A DNA stretch of 41,572 nucleotides from a virus, in the IMG/VR virus record IMGVR_UViG_3300045988_021153, positions 1-41,572 of that record. One strand, 5' to 3'. The notes under the pieces were generated by a model. That model was not told the DNA's origin, did not search any database, and worked only from the letters and a program-made list of their open reading frames with translations. Below, one piece after another: positions 29,724-39,643 of the stretch. The first letter of the stretch is position 1. Every line of letters starts with the position of its first letter. The position numbers and the translations under genes are program-made.

Positions 29724-32700
29724 ATGGCAAAGAAACGGACAGGACTGGATGCGCTCCGGGAATATGAGGCGAGAAGCGGACGGCAGACGCAGAGCGAGAG
29801 CCAGCCGGCAGAAGACTCCGGCGGCACGTGGCGCAGCGGCCTTGACGCGCTGCGGCAGTTCGAGGCAAACGGCGGCGGGCAGAACGTCAAGAACGGCCCG
29901 TATAATCCGAACTACCGAACCATGACGCGGGCTATGTATGAGTCGGCGTATGAGCGATACAAGCGCGCGGCGGAAGCCCAGGAACGCTACAGCCGCGCGG
30001 CGGACGCCGTGGGCAACAATCCGGTCGGCGGGTATCTGCGGGCGATGCAGCAGCGGCAGCCGCAGGGCCGCGCCGCGAAAACAATCGACCATGATCAGCA
30101 GAGCGGGTACCGGCGGACACGTGAGGTCAAGTCGGCACAGGTGCAGCCGACGATCGAACATGACCAGCAGAGCGGGTATCTGCGGACGCTGCGCATGAAG
30201 GGCAGCGCGGAATATCTGACACAGTCTCAGGAAGATCCGGAATGGGAGACGGTGCGGCAGGATCAGGCGCGCGGCGGGAAGCGGACGCAATACGAGATGC
30301 GGCGGCAGATCGAGCAGCTTGAAAGGGCGCGGGACTATGCGCTTTCGATGCAGGCCGGAGACCCGGAGGGGCTTCCGGAGCTGCGCGGGGCATACGAGGC
30401 GGTGAACGCCGGGCGCACAAAGCCGATGACGCTGACGGAGATGGACGAGGCGCTGCGGGAAATGAAGGTCAGAAAGCAGAACGCCGCGACGCTGGCGAAC
30501 GAGGCCATGACCGCGCAGGAGCTTGAACGGAAAAAGGATGCGATCTATGCACTGGCCTTTTATCCGGAGGAATGGACGCCGGAGCAAAAGCAGGCGGCGA
30601 GAGGCATTCTCGAAACGCAGCGCGGCGGGAGCGGAATTTTCGGCGGCATGGACCGCGCACCATATGCCTTCGCGCCGTACATCGAGGCGGTGCGGAGCGG
30701 AGACATGGACCGCGCGGACGAGTGGGAGCAGATCTACAACATGCTCTACTCGCGCCTTTTTGAGAAAACAACGGCGGTCACCGAGGGCTTCGCGGAGGGA
30801 CTTGGGCTGCGGTCGGCAGAGAAGGTCATCGGAGCGGCAACGGGCGCGGAGAATCCAGCATGGGAGGCATACATGCGCTCGGTGCAGGTGGCAAAGGCGC
30901 AGAATCCGGCGCTGAGCGCGGGCGGACAGATCGCAGGCTCGCTTGCGCTGATGGGCGGCATCAGCAAGGGCGTCGGCGCGGCAAGCGGTGCGCTGCTCGG
31001 AACGAAGGCGGCACAGTTCGGGACACTCGGCAGGACGGCGCTTTCGATGGGCCAGTCGGCGCTGACGTTCGCGGCGAGAGAGGCCATTCAGGGAGCGGGC
31101 GCGGTGGCGACCGGAGAGAAGACCGGCGGCGCATACGCGCAGGACATCCTCGCAAGCGGCGCGGGCGGCGCGGCCGGTGCGCTCGTATCCGGGCTTATCT
31201 CCACGAACATGGCAGACTGGCTGAGAAGAACAGGAAACAGCAAGCTGTTCTGGGAGTTCGTGCGGCAGAGCGCGAGCGCATACGCCTTTTCCGGCACGAG
31301 CGTTGCAACAAGCGCGATGCTCGGGAGCGAGAAAAAGAGCGCGAACGAGATCGCGACGGAGCTTGGAACGGCCTTCCTGTTCTCGCTCGTCAGCGGATAC
31401 ATGAACACGATGCGCGAAACCAAGATGGCGAGCGCAGCCGTGGAGCAGAAGTACGAGACGATTTCACAGCAGCTGGACGCAATCGGAAAGCACCTTGACG
31501 GCGGCAGGAAATTCAGGACGGAGGAGGAATTCACGCAGGCCGTCGAGGATCTGCGCAGGACGGTGCAGGGCCTCAAGGCGGATGTGCAGGGAACATACTA
31601 CGCAGGACAGCAGGACTTCGTCAATCAGATGGTGGCGGCGCTCGACCGCATCGACTACAACCTGCTTTCGATGCTCCCGGGAGCGGATGCCGGAACGGCA
31701 GCAGCTTCGGCGGCCTCGACGGCGGCAGCCGGGACAGGCGGCGTGGCTGCGGCAGAAGCACAGAAGCTGATGCAGGAGGCGTCCGCGGCGCTGGCAGAGG
31801 GCACACAGGGCGTGCCGACCGCACCGGTACAGCCGGGGGATGCAGGCGGGAAGGGCGCGGCAGCGGCGGCACAGGCGCTCACAGAGGGCACGACGGCAGC
31901 AGAGCAGGCGGTGCAGGTGCCGCCGGCACAGCCGGCGATGCCTGTTCCACCGGATATGGCGAAGGAGGCCGAAGCTGCACAGCGGGAGGCGAACTTCCAG
32001 ACGCACAGCAGGTACGCAGAGGAGCGGGACGCGCGGGCGCGGGATGCGGAAGAAGTGTCGCAGGCGCGGGCGCAGGAATACACAGAGGCGATCAACGACG
32101 CGGAGGCGGACGCAGCAGATGCGGCTTTTGAGAAACTGAACAAGGCGGAGGTCAGCGGCGCATTGGACGCGCAGACTCGCTGGCAGGCAGAGGATGCCCG
32201 TGCGGAGCGGCAGTTTGAGGTGGAAAGCCGTGAGGACACGGACCGGGCGCTGAGCGAGGCTGCGCAGCGGTACGGCTATGACGAGCGGATGACGAGCGTG
32301 CTGCTTTCCGGGTACAGCGGGGCGCAGAGCACGCAGCAGTACGCCGAGGCAGTGAACGCGGCTTACGAGTACGGCAAAAGCGGAATGAGCCGCACAGCGG
32401 CGCAGAGAGCCGCACAGGGCATTGACAAGGCACTGGCAGACGAGGCGTGGAGCGCCGGAAAGGAGATTGCAAATGGCGAAAAAGCAGGAGCCGCGCGTAT
32501 TGATGACGGCGGCAAACGGAATGCAGGTATGGATTCCGGAAAGCCGGTTGGAGCAGTGGCAGGCGGCGCAGGCGGCACAGCGGCGCGATCCGCAGCGGGG
32601 CGCGCAGTCGCGGAGAGAATTGGCCTCGAAAATCGCGTCAGCGCTGCTGGGCAGCCGTACCTGAGCGGAAAGGACATCGGGCTGAGCAAGGGCTCTGCAC

Positions 32701-35700
32701 AGCGGAGCTTTCGCGAGGCGCCGCAGAGCACATGGACCGACGGCATGAAGGCCGCCGCCGAGACGCTCCGGAGCGCTGGCTTTGCGGATGTGCATTTCAC
32801 GGTGGGCTCGATCAGCGTGGAGAACCAGCGGGCGAAGGTCACGCGGTACGCAGACGGCGTGGCCGCAGGAAATTCGGTATGGGTGAATGCGACGGCGAAG
32901 AAATGGAGCGTTCAGCAGCTTGCAGACCACGAGTCGTTCCACCGGCAGGTGCAGGACGCACCGGGACTGCTGGACAGCGTGCGGGCGGTTGTGGCAGACG
33001 AGCTGGGAGATAGCGGCATTCGGGAGCTTGCACAGCGGTATGCCGAGGCATACGAGGGCTGCTATGACGGCGCGGAGCTGGAGGCGTACATCGAGGAGAT
33101 CTGCGCGGACGCCTACGCAGGCATGGACCGGTTTCCGGAGGAGAAGGCAAAGATCATACAAAAAGCCGCCCAGCGGGCGCAGGACGCGCAGCAGGCGGCA
33201 GAAGAAAACGGCGGGACCAGAGGCCCGCCGGAGAAATATAGCTATGCAGGAGAGCTCGCGCGAACGGCTGACAGCAAGTCTTTGGCCCGCGCGGAACAGA
33301 TGGAAGAAAACGGCGCTTCGGCGGAAGACATCTTCCGGGAGACCGGATGGTTCAAGGGTGCCGACGGGCAGTGGCGGTTCGAGATCGACGACAGCAAGAT
33401 GGAGTTCCGCAGAGACGGTGATGTCCGGCTGATGGAGGAAGAACCGTACCGCAGGATGCAGGAGCTTTCTGACAAGTGGGCTGCCAGCTTTGAAAAAGGC
33501 GGCGAGGAACTCACGGAGGCGGAAAACGCAGAACTGGAGGCACTTCAAGATCAATACGTTGATCGAGTATGGGAAGAAAAATATGAGCTTCAGGACTTCC
33601 TGAAGCACGACGATCTTTACAGAGCATATCCGAAGCTGCGGCATATGTCGCTGATATTCCGGCCGATGTCCATTGAGAATTATGGCTATTACTCGCCGAA
33701 GGATGGCGCGATTGTGATGAACAGCGACCTGATCGGTGCTCCGGAAAAAACGCTCATTCATGAAATTCAGCACATTATTCAGTCCATGGAGGGATTCGCG
33801 CGAGGCGCAAGCCCGAAATACTGGAATGACCGCATGGAGGAGGGCTTCTCGAAAAAGAACGCCGCAGGCGAGGAGATGCTACCGAACGAGCTTTACAGGA
33901 ACACAGCCGGTGAGATCGAGGCGCGGGACGTGGCAGAACGTCGGAATCTGAGCGCGGAGGAACGCCGAAACCGGATGCCGGATACGGGGAATGCCGATAC
34001 GGTGTTTGCAGAGGCTGGATGGCAGACTGCGATGGACTACGACCCGGAAACAGCCAGCATCAAAGAGCAGGTCGAAAATAGCCGCGAGGCGCTTAACGCG
34101 ATGGATGTGGTTGCGCGGGCGTCCGTTCCGACAAATCTTAAAACCAAGGATTCGGCTGCCGCATGGGCGGCAGAGCGGCTGAAAAGCACAGGATACCGCA
34201 TAGACCGGCAAGGGTACGGCGAAATCTATTTCAGCAAGAAGGATATGGACAAGGGGCTTCGGTACGCCGATACGGCGGAAGAAAAAGCAGCACTTGCCGT
34301 ATTACCTCAAGTGCTGAAGCGAGGAATTGAGATCGGAGACCACGCAAACCACAAAAATAGAGCGAAGCAGACGGTGACGTTTGCGGCGCCTGTGGAGCTG
34401 AATGGAACGCGTGGAAACATGGCTGTGGTCGTAAACAGAAACGGCAACCACTATTATGCTCACCGGATCGTCATGCCGGACGGAAGCGTATTTCGCTTTT
34501 CAGGGAATGCAGAAAATGCAGCGCAAGAACTGTCCCGGGGAGTGACCGTTTCCGGATCTCTTGCCGACACCACAAGCGCTGCATCTACGGACAGTATACG
34601 CAGATCAGAGCGGGAAAGTCAAGAAAAATTTTCTGCATCTGAGGAAGTGTCGGAAGCCGACGCCGGGGCGGAGGGGTCGGAGCTTCAGGTCGAGAAGCTG
34701 CCGCAGGCGAACCGGGATCAGTTTATGCGCTTTGCAACGAAGATCACGGACGATCTTGTCACGCCGCTGACTGCGCAGATGGAAACGCTGCGGAAGGAAA
34801 TGCGCCCGCGCGTGCTGGAGCTGGTGGACGAATTTCTGGAAAACGACGCGCTGAAAAGGTCCTCGGTCAATGCGATCTTTGAAGAAGCGTATGACCGCGC
34901 GCTGGAGCTAAACAGGGAGTTCTCCGAGAAGTACGCGACGCTGCAATACACCATCCGGAAAACTCCGGTCACGTTCACGGAGGAGGACACGAGACAGATC
35001 GAGCAGTACGACTATTTCGATGAAGCAGCGCTGCGGAAGCTGACGATCAAGGAAAAGGGCGGGGCGAGCATCGGTGAGCTGTATTCCGATCTTTCCGGGA
35101 TGCTGCCGGAGCTGTTCCCGTCCGGAATCAAAAATCCGGCGAAGCAGATCATGCGGATCGCGAGCGTTTACAAGCGCATCAGCAAGGCACAGGCGCTGGC
35201 ACAGCAGGTGGACAGCACGAACCCGGAATACTTCCGAGAAAATGCGTACAACGAATTTTTGGAGCAGCTGCGAAAAATCGTGCCGAAGATGCGAACAGAG
35301 CGGGAGCTTGCGCAAATCAACATCGAGGAAGAAGCGAAGATGGAAGCCTATATGGCGGAGCGCGAGAGAAGGATCGCGGAGGAGGATGCGAGACTGGCTG
35401 AGGAAGAAGCCGCAAAGGCTCCGCCGGAGGTCTTTGAAAGCCTGACGATGGACAGCATCCCGAAGAAAGCGCAGGACTATCTGCGCAGGGTGCGCGGGCA
35501 GACGGCGGCGGCGATCCAGCAGACGCTTTCGATGCCGTTTGCGGCGCGGCAGGAGGTGCTCAAGCCAGCCCTTGAGGGCATGATGAACGAATATCTTCAG
35601 ACCGGCAGGATCTCGCAGGAGACGATAGACAGGAGCTTTGAGGAATCGTACAGGCGCGGCGTGGAGATGGACACGGAATTTTACGACGAGTACAAGGACG

Positions 35701-38700
35701 TGAAGACGCGGCTGCGCGATCTGAAGGTCACGCTGTCGGAGACGGATCGGGCGGACATTGCGGACTTTGACGATTTCCGCAGGGCGGCATTCGGGAGGCT
35801 GCGCATTGCAGACGAGGGCGGCCTGCCGGTGGACACTGCCTACAACCAGATGCGGGAGATGGCGCCGGAGCTGTTCCCGGCGGGCATCACGCATCCGGCG
35901 GATCAGCTGATGCAGATGTTTGAGGTGTCCAAGCGCATCGAGAGGGTGCAGCGGTCACTGGACGAGTTCCACGGGGAAGAAGCAGAGGAATTTAAGCGCT
36001 GGGCCAAGAACGACTACGAGGCGAGCGTTGAGAACATGCTGGGCTCGCTGCGCGTGGCGCGGCGGTATGCCGAGGCGCGGATGCGGCAGAAGCAGGCGCG
36101 GGCCGTGCCAACGACGCTGGATGAGGTCAAGGCGCTGCACACAGAGCTCAAGAAGCTGCGCCGGACGTATGAGCGGGCGGCGGCCAAGAACCTGCTGACG
36201 GCGGAGGACAACAATGTCCTAAACAAACTGCTGCGCGGCGATCTCGCGTCGGAGGACGTGCAGGGCATGGAGAACGCAAAGGGCATCCTTGCCATGTACG
36301 AGGCCAAGGCAGACTATGACGAGACGGCTGCCAAGATCGCGGACTGGCGGCGCTATCAGAAGGCACAGAGGCTCGCGGTCGCCGATGCGGCGCTTAAAAA
36401 CGCGGATCAGGCGAAGGACAAAGCCGCCGGCATCCAGTACAGCCGGGAGACGATGACGCGCAATGTCCGGGACATCTTCCCGGAGGCGGACGCGGAGATC
36501 ATCAACAGGACGTACTTTGAGCCCGTCCGGACGGCCAGCGCGAACGCGAATAAGCTGAAAAACCAGCTGCGAGAGCAGGTCAAGGCGCTGGACTTGAGCC
36601 GGAAGGTCAGGACGGGAGACGCCGTGAGCGAGGCGCATGCGGTGCAGCTGCTGGGCGAGGCGCAGGACAACATCCGGTATCTCGAGCAGCACCCGCGGGC
36701 GCAGGACCGGGACGGAAAGACGCTCGATGAATGGCACGCAATCGTGCGGGATCTGTGGGCCACGAGCCCGGGTCTGGACAGGGCGAAGATCGAAAACGCC
36801 GTGGAGACGTTCCGGAAGATCTATGACGGACTCTTTGAACAGATGAATGACGTGCGCGTCCGAAACGGCTATGAGCCGATCAACTACCGGCAGGGCTATT
36901 TCCCACACTTCCAGCCGGGGACGACGGACGGCATTCTTGGGCTGATGGGAAAGGCGCTCGGCATCGACGCGGAGGTATCGGCCCTGCCGACGACCATCAG
37001 CGGCCTGACGCACACCTTTAAGCCTGGTATCACCTACTTCGGGAATGCGCTGGAGCGCATCGGATTTGACACGGCGTATGACGCGGTGGAGGGCTTTGAC
37101 AAGTATGTGGAGGGCGCGGCGAGCGTGATCTGCTACACGGACGTCATCCAGAATCTGCGGGCGCTTGCGCAGCAGGTGCGATACCGAACATCGGACGAAG
37201 GACTGCGGGAGCGGGTGGACGACGTCCGGGCCAGAGACGATCGGACCGAGAACCAGAAGGAACTGGAGATCGAGGCGATCATGAAGCAGGGGCGCTTTTC
37301 GCTTTCGAACTTCGCGATCGAGCTGGACGAATACACAAATCTGCTGGCAAACAAGAAAAGCAAATACGACCGAGCCGTGGAACACCTTACGAATCGCAAG
37401 GTCTACAAGCTGCTCAAGGCGTGGCAAAGCCGCGTGGCGGCGAACATGGTCGCGGTCAACCCGGCGTCGTGGCTGACAAACTTCGGCGTCATCACGCAGG
37501 CAGGAGCACAGCTCAAGACGACATCCGTGCTCAAGGCGATGGGACAGACGCTCAAGGGATGGACGAAAGACGACGGCTTTGTAGAACGGAGTTACTTCCT
37601 CGTAAACCGGCGCGGAAGTGATCCGCTTGTCCGCACCTGGCAGCAGAGCGCGAGCGCGGTACTGTCAAAGCCGATGGACTGGATCGACACGTTCTCGGCG
37701 GACACCATTGTCCGGGCGCGGTACATGGAGAACATCGCGCGCGGCATGAGCGAGGAGGAGGCGATGCGCGAGGCGGACGACTTCGCGGCAAACGTGATGG
37801 CAGACCGCTCGAAGGGCGCGATGCCGACGCTCTTTGAGGCCCGCAATCCGTTCGCGAAAATATTTACACAGTTCCAGCTTGAGGTGAACAATACCTTCTC
37901 GTATCTTTTCAAGGACCTTCCGCGCGATATGCGAAAGAAGGGCATGTTCGCACTGGCCTATGCGCTTTTTAAGTTCCTGATCGGTGGGTACATCTACAAC
38001 GAGGTGTACGAGCACTTCATCGGGAGACGGACAATGCTCGACCCGCTGGGGATCGTCAACGACACGGTGGGCGATCTGACGGGGTACGAGCTCAACAATC
38101 TGGCGGACGCGGCCATGGGCGGCGGACTTATCAAGGAGTCGGAGCCGGAGAGCGTGATCAGGAGCGTCGCAAATCTCGCTGTAAACGTCGGGCAGGAGCT
38201 TCCGATGATCGGAAGCCGAATCGGCGGGGGTAAGTATCCGTTTATGAATTCGTTCGGTGATATTGGAAACGCCATTGATGCGCTTGATGCGGAGAACAAG
38301 ACGGGCGGAGAGAAGGCCGCGCAGGCGGCAAGGGAGCTGATCAATCCGGCGGCATACTGGCTGCTGCCGTTCGGCGGCGGGCAGGTCAAGAAAATGTGGC
38401 AGGGCATCAGCGCCCTGAAGCGGCAGGGCAGCTATACGGCGGACGGGCGGATGCAGTATCCGATCTACACCGACCGGAAGGGCGACATGGCGAGCGCAGT
38501 CGCACGAACAATGCTGTTCGGCAAGAGCGCGACGCCGGGGGCGCAGGCGTGGGTCGAGGCGGGTTTCGGCGCACTGAGCGAGAAAGCCACGCAGACGTAT
38601 GAGGCGATGCGCGCCGGTGGCGTTGACCAGAGAGACAGCTATGAGCTTATCAAGGCCATGTCCAAGATCAAGAAGACCGACGACGCGACAGCGAAGGAAC

Positions 38701-39278
38701 TCAAGATGCAGATGCTGCTGTCCTTTGACATCGAGGACAGCGGGAAGGTGCTGTACTACTACAACATGATGGCGAGCGACAAGGAGCGGGCACAGATCGA
38801 CAAGCTGCTGGAAGCCGGCGCGGACGTGGGAGAGTATCTGAGATACATTCAGGCGGCCGCCGGGGTGACCGGCGAGAAGGACGCCGACGGCAAGACGATC
38901 TCCGGAAGCGTGAAGGACGAGACGCTCCAGCTGATCGATGGCCTCGATCTGACGCCGGAGCAGAAGACGGCGCTTGCTGCGGACAGCTACACGATGACCG
39001 GGTTTGAGCCGTGGACGGAAAACCACGACAGGCTGTACAAGGCCGTTTCGACCGGAAAGGACCTGCGCAGCACGCTCAAGGAGCTGGAGAAGGCCGGATA
39101 TGAGCCGAAGGAGATCCGCGCGGCAATCACGGAGATGTTCCGCGATGAATATCTTGCGGCAGACAAAGCCGGGAAGGCACGGCTCAAGGGATACCTGCGA
39201 AACGCGTTCATGGCGTGCGGGCTTTCCAAGAAGGAAGCGGAAAACAAGATCAAGAAATGGGAGGAGGCACAGAAGTGA
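29724..39278 (+). CDS. Giant polyvalent virion/ejection protein (3,184 aa)
   Basis: One uninterrupted ORF with RBS aaggaga. Gly/Ala hydrophobic segments. Two HExxH motifs (HESFH at 32928..32942; HEIQH at 33759..33773). A nuclease/LPD-like module (about 34200..34500). A duplicated 161-aa module. A tape-measure-like C-terminal third. Confidence 0.9.
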   Translation: MAKKRTGLDALREYEARSGRQTQSESQPAEDSGGTWRSGLDALRQFEANGGGQNVKNGPYNPNYRTMTRAMYESAYERYKRAAEAQERYSRAADAVGNNPVGGYLRAMQQRQPQGRAAKTIDHDQQSGYRRTREVKSAQVQPTIEHDQQSGYLRTLRMKGSAEYLTQSQEDPEWETVRQDQARGGKRTQYEMRRQIEQLERARDYALSMQAGDPEGLPELRGAYEAVNAGRTKPMTLTEMDEALREMKVRKQNAATLANEAMTAQELERKKDAIYALAFYPEEWTPEQKQAARGILETQRGGSGIFGGMDRAPYAFAPYIEAVRSGDMDRADEWEQIYNMLYSRLFEKTTAVTEGFAEGLGLRSAEKVIGAATGAENPAWEAYMRSVQVAKAQNPALSAGGQIAGSLALMGGISKGVGAASGALLGTKAAQFGTLGRTALSMGQSALTFAAREAIQGAGAVATGEKTGGAYAQDILASGAGGAAGALVSGLISTNMADWLRRTGNSKLFWEFVRQSASAYAFSGTSVATSAMLGSEKKSANEIATELGTAFLFSLVSGYMNTMRETKMASAAVEQKYETISQQLDAIGKHLDGGRKFRTEEEFTQAVEDLRRTVQGLKADVQGTYYAGQQDFVNQMVAALDRIDYNLLSMLPGADAGTAAASAASTAAAGTGGVAAAEAQKLMQEASAALAEGTQGVPTAPVQPGDAGGKGAAAAAQALTEGTTAAEQAVQVPPAQPAMPVPPDMAKEAEAAQREANFQTHSRYAEERDARARDAEEVSQARAQEYTEAINDAEADAADAAFEKLNKAEVSGALDAQTRWQAEDARAERQFEVESREDTDRALSEAAQRYGYDERMTSVLLSGYSGAQSTQQYAEAVNAAYEYGKSGMSRTAAQRAAQGIDKALADEAWSAGKEIANGEKAGAARIDDGGKRNAGMDSGKPVGAVAGGAGGTAARSAAGRAVAERIGLENRVSAAGQPYLSGKDIGLSKGSAQRSFREAPQSTWTDGMKAAAETLRSAGFADVHFTVGSISVENQRAKVTRYADGVAAGNSVWVNATAKKWSVQQLADHESFHRQVQDAPGLLDSVRAVVADELGDSGIRELAQRYAEAYEGCYDGAELEAYIEEICADAYAGMDRFPEEKAKIIQKAAQRAQDAQQAAEENGGTRGPPEKYSYAGELARTADSKSLARAEQMEENGASAEDIFRETGWFKGADGQWRFEIDDSKMEFRRDGDVRLMEEEPYRRMQELSDKWAASFEKGGEELTEAENAELEALQDQYVDRVWEEKYELQDFLKHDDLYRAYPKLRHMSLIFRPMSIENYGYYSPKDGAIVMNSDLIGAPEKTLIHEIQHIIQSMEGFARGASPKYWNDRMEEGFSKKNAAGEEMLPNELYRNTAGEIEARDVAERRNLSAEERRNRMPDTGNADTVFAEAGWQTAMDYDPETASIKEQVENSREALNAMDVVARASVPTNLKTKDSAAAWAAERLKSTGYRIDRQGYGEIYFSKKDMDKGLRYADTAEEKAALAVLPQVLKRGIEIGDHANHKNRAKQTVTFAAPVELNGTRGNMAVVVNRNGNHYYAHRIVMPDGSVFRFSGNAENAAQELSRGVTVSGSLADTTSAASTDSIRRSERESQEKFSASEEVSEADAGAEGSELQVEKLPQANRDQFMRFATKITDDLVTPLTAQMETLRKEMRPRVLELVDEFLENDALKRSSVNAIFEEAYDRALELNREFSEKYATLQYTIRKTPVTFTEEDTRQIEQYDYFDEAALRKLTIKEKGGASIGELYSDLSGMLPELFPSGIKNPAKQIMRIASVYKRISKAQALAQQVDSTNPEYFRENAYNEFLEQLRKIVPKMRTERELAQINIEEEAKMEAYMAERERRIAEEDARLAEEEAAKAPPEVFESLTMDSIPKKAQDYLRRVRGQTAAAIQQTLSMPFAARQEVLKPALEGMMNEYLQTGRISQETIDRSFEESYRRGVEMDTEFYDEYKDVKTRLRDLKVTLSETDRADIADFDDFRRAAFGRLRIADEGGLPVDTAYNQMREMAPELFPAGITHPADQLMQMFEVSKRIERVQRSLDEFHGEEAEEFKRWAKNDYEASVENMLGSLRVARRYAEARMRQKQARAVPTTLDEVKALHTELKKLRRTYERAAAKNLLTAEDNNVLNKLLRGDLASEDVQGMENAKGILAMYEAKADYDETAAKIADWRRYQKAQRLAVADAALKNADQAKDKAAGIQYSRETMTRNVRDIFPEADAEIINRTYFEPVRTASANANKLKNQLREQVKALDLSRKVRTGDAVSEAHAVQLLGEAQDNIRYLEQHPRAQDRDGKTLDEWHAIVRDLWATSPGLDRAKIENAVETFRKIYDGLFEQMNDVRVRNGYEPINYRQGYFPHFQPGTTDGILGLMGKALGIDAEVSALPTTISGLTHTFKPGITYFGNALERIGFDTAYDAVEGFDKYVEGAASVICYTDVIQNLRALAQQVRYRTSDEGLRERVDDVRARDDRTENQKELEIEAIMKQGRFSLSNFAIELDEYTNLLANKKSKYDRAVEHLTNRKVYKLLKAWQSRVAANMVAVNPASWLTNFGVITQAGAQLKTTSVLKAMGQTLKGWTKDDGFVERSYFLVNRRGSDPLVRTWQQSASAVLSKPMDWIDTFSADTIVRARYMENIARGMSEEEAMREADDFAANVMADRSKGAMPTLFEARNPFAKIFTQFQLEVNNTFSYLFKDLPRDMRKKGMFALAYALFKFLIGGYIYNEVYEHFIGRRTMLDPLGIVNDTVGDLTGYELNNLADAAMGGGLIKESEPESVIRSVANLAVNVGQELPMIGSRIGGGKYPFMNSFGDIGNAIDALDAENKTGGEKAAQAARELINPAAYWLLPFGGGQVKKMWQGISALKRQGSYTADGRMQYPIYTDRKGDMASAVARTMLFGKSATPGAQAWVEAGFGALSEKATQTYEAMRAGGVDQRDSYELIKAMSKIKKTDDATAKELKMQMLLSFDIEDSGKVLYYYNMMASDKERAQIDKLLEAGADVGEYLRYIQAAAGVTGEKDADGKTISGSVKDETLQLIDGLDLTPEQKTALAADSYTMTGFEPWTENHDRLYKAVSTGKDLRSTLKELEKAGYEPKEIRAAITEMFRDEYLAADKAGKARLKGYLRNAFMACGLSKKEAENKIKKWEEAQK
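34698..35180 (+). repeat. Internal protein-level repeat, copy 1 (aa 1659-1819 of the giant ORF)
   Basis: Aligns colinearly with copy 2: ...EEAYDRALELNREFSEKY...MLPELFPSGIKNPAKQIMRIASVYKRI. Confidence 0.8.
35457..35939 (+). repeat. Internal protein-level repeat, copy 2 (aa 1912-2072)
   Basis: ...EESYRRGVEMDTEFYDEY...MAPELFPAGITHPADQLMQMFEVSKRI. Same 161-aa length as copy 1, with diverged DNA. Confidence 0.8.
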
Positions 39279-39631
39279 GCGCAAGCAATGTGATCCCGGC
39301 GGCGCGGGTCAGCCCGCGCATTGCGAACGGGTGTATTTGCTGGTATGAGGGAGACACGTTCTCCCTCCGCCTCCGGCTGGAGCTGGAGGACCAGGACGGC
39401 GCGGCCGTCACGGTCGGCGCGTCGGACAGCGTGAAGATCACGTTCTACGACCGGATGCGGGCGCAGGTGCAGCAGTTCGTGTTTTCCGGCATTGTGGGAA
39501 ACACGGTGACGCTCGACTTCACGGAGGACGTGAGCGCGAAATTCCGGAAGGGACTGTACCGCTACGACATTTTGTACACACATGGCGACAAAACCACGCT
39601 CGCGAGCGGGAATGTCGCGCGCGTGGAGTAA
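39275..39631 (+). CDS. Small beta-rich (Ig-like?) tail protein
   Basis: GTG start overlaps the giant ORF's TGA, after the RBS gggaggagg. 118 aa. Confidence 0.6.
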   Translation: MSASNVIPAARVSPRIANGCICWYEGDTFSLRLRLELEDQDGAAVTVGASDSVKITFYDRMRAQVQQFVFSGIVGNTVTLDFTEDVSAKFRKGLYRYDILYTHGDKTTLASGNVARVE

Positions 39632-39643
39632 GGAGGCGAGGGT

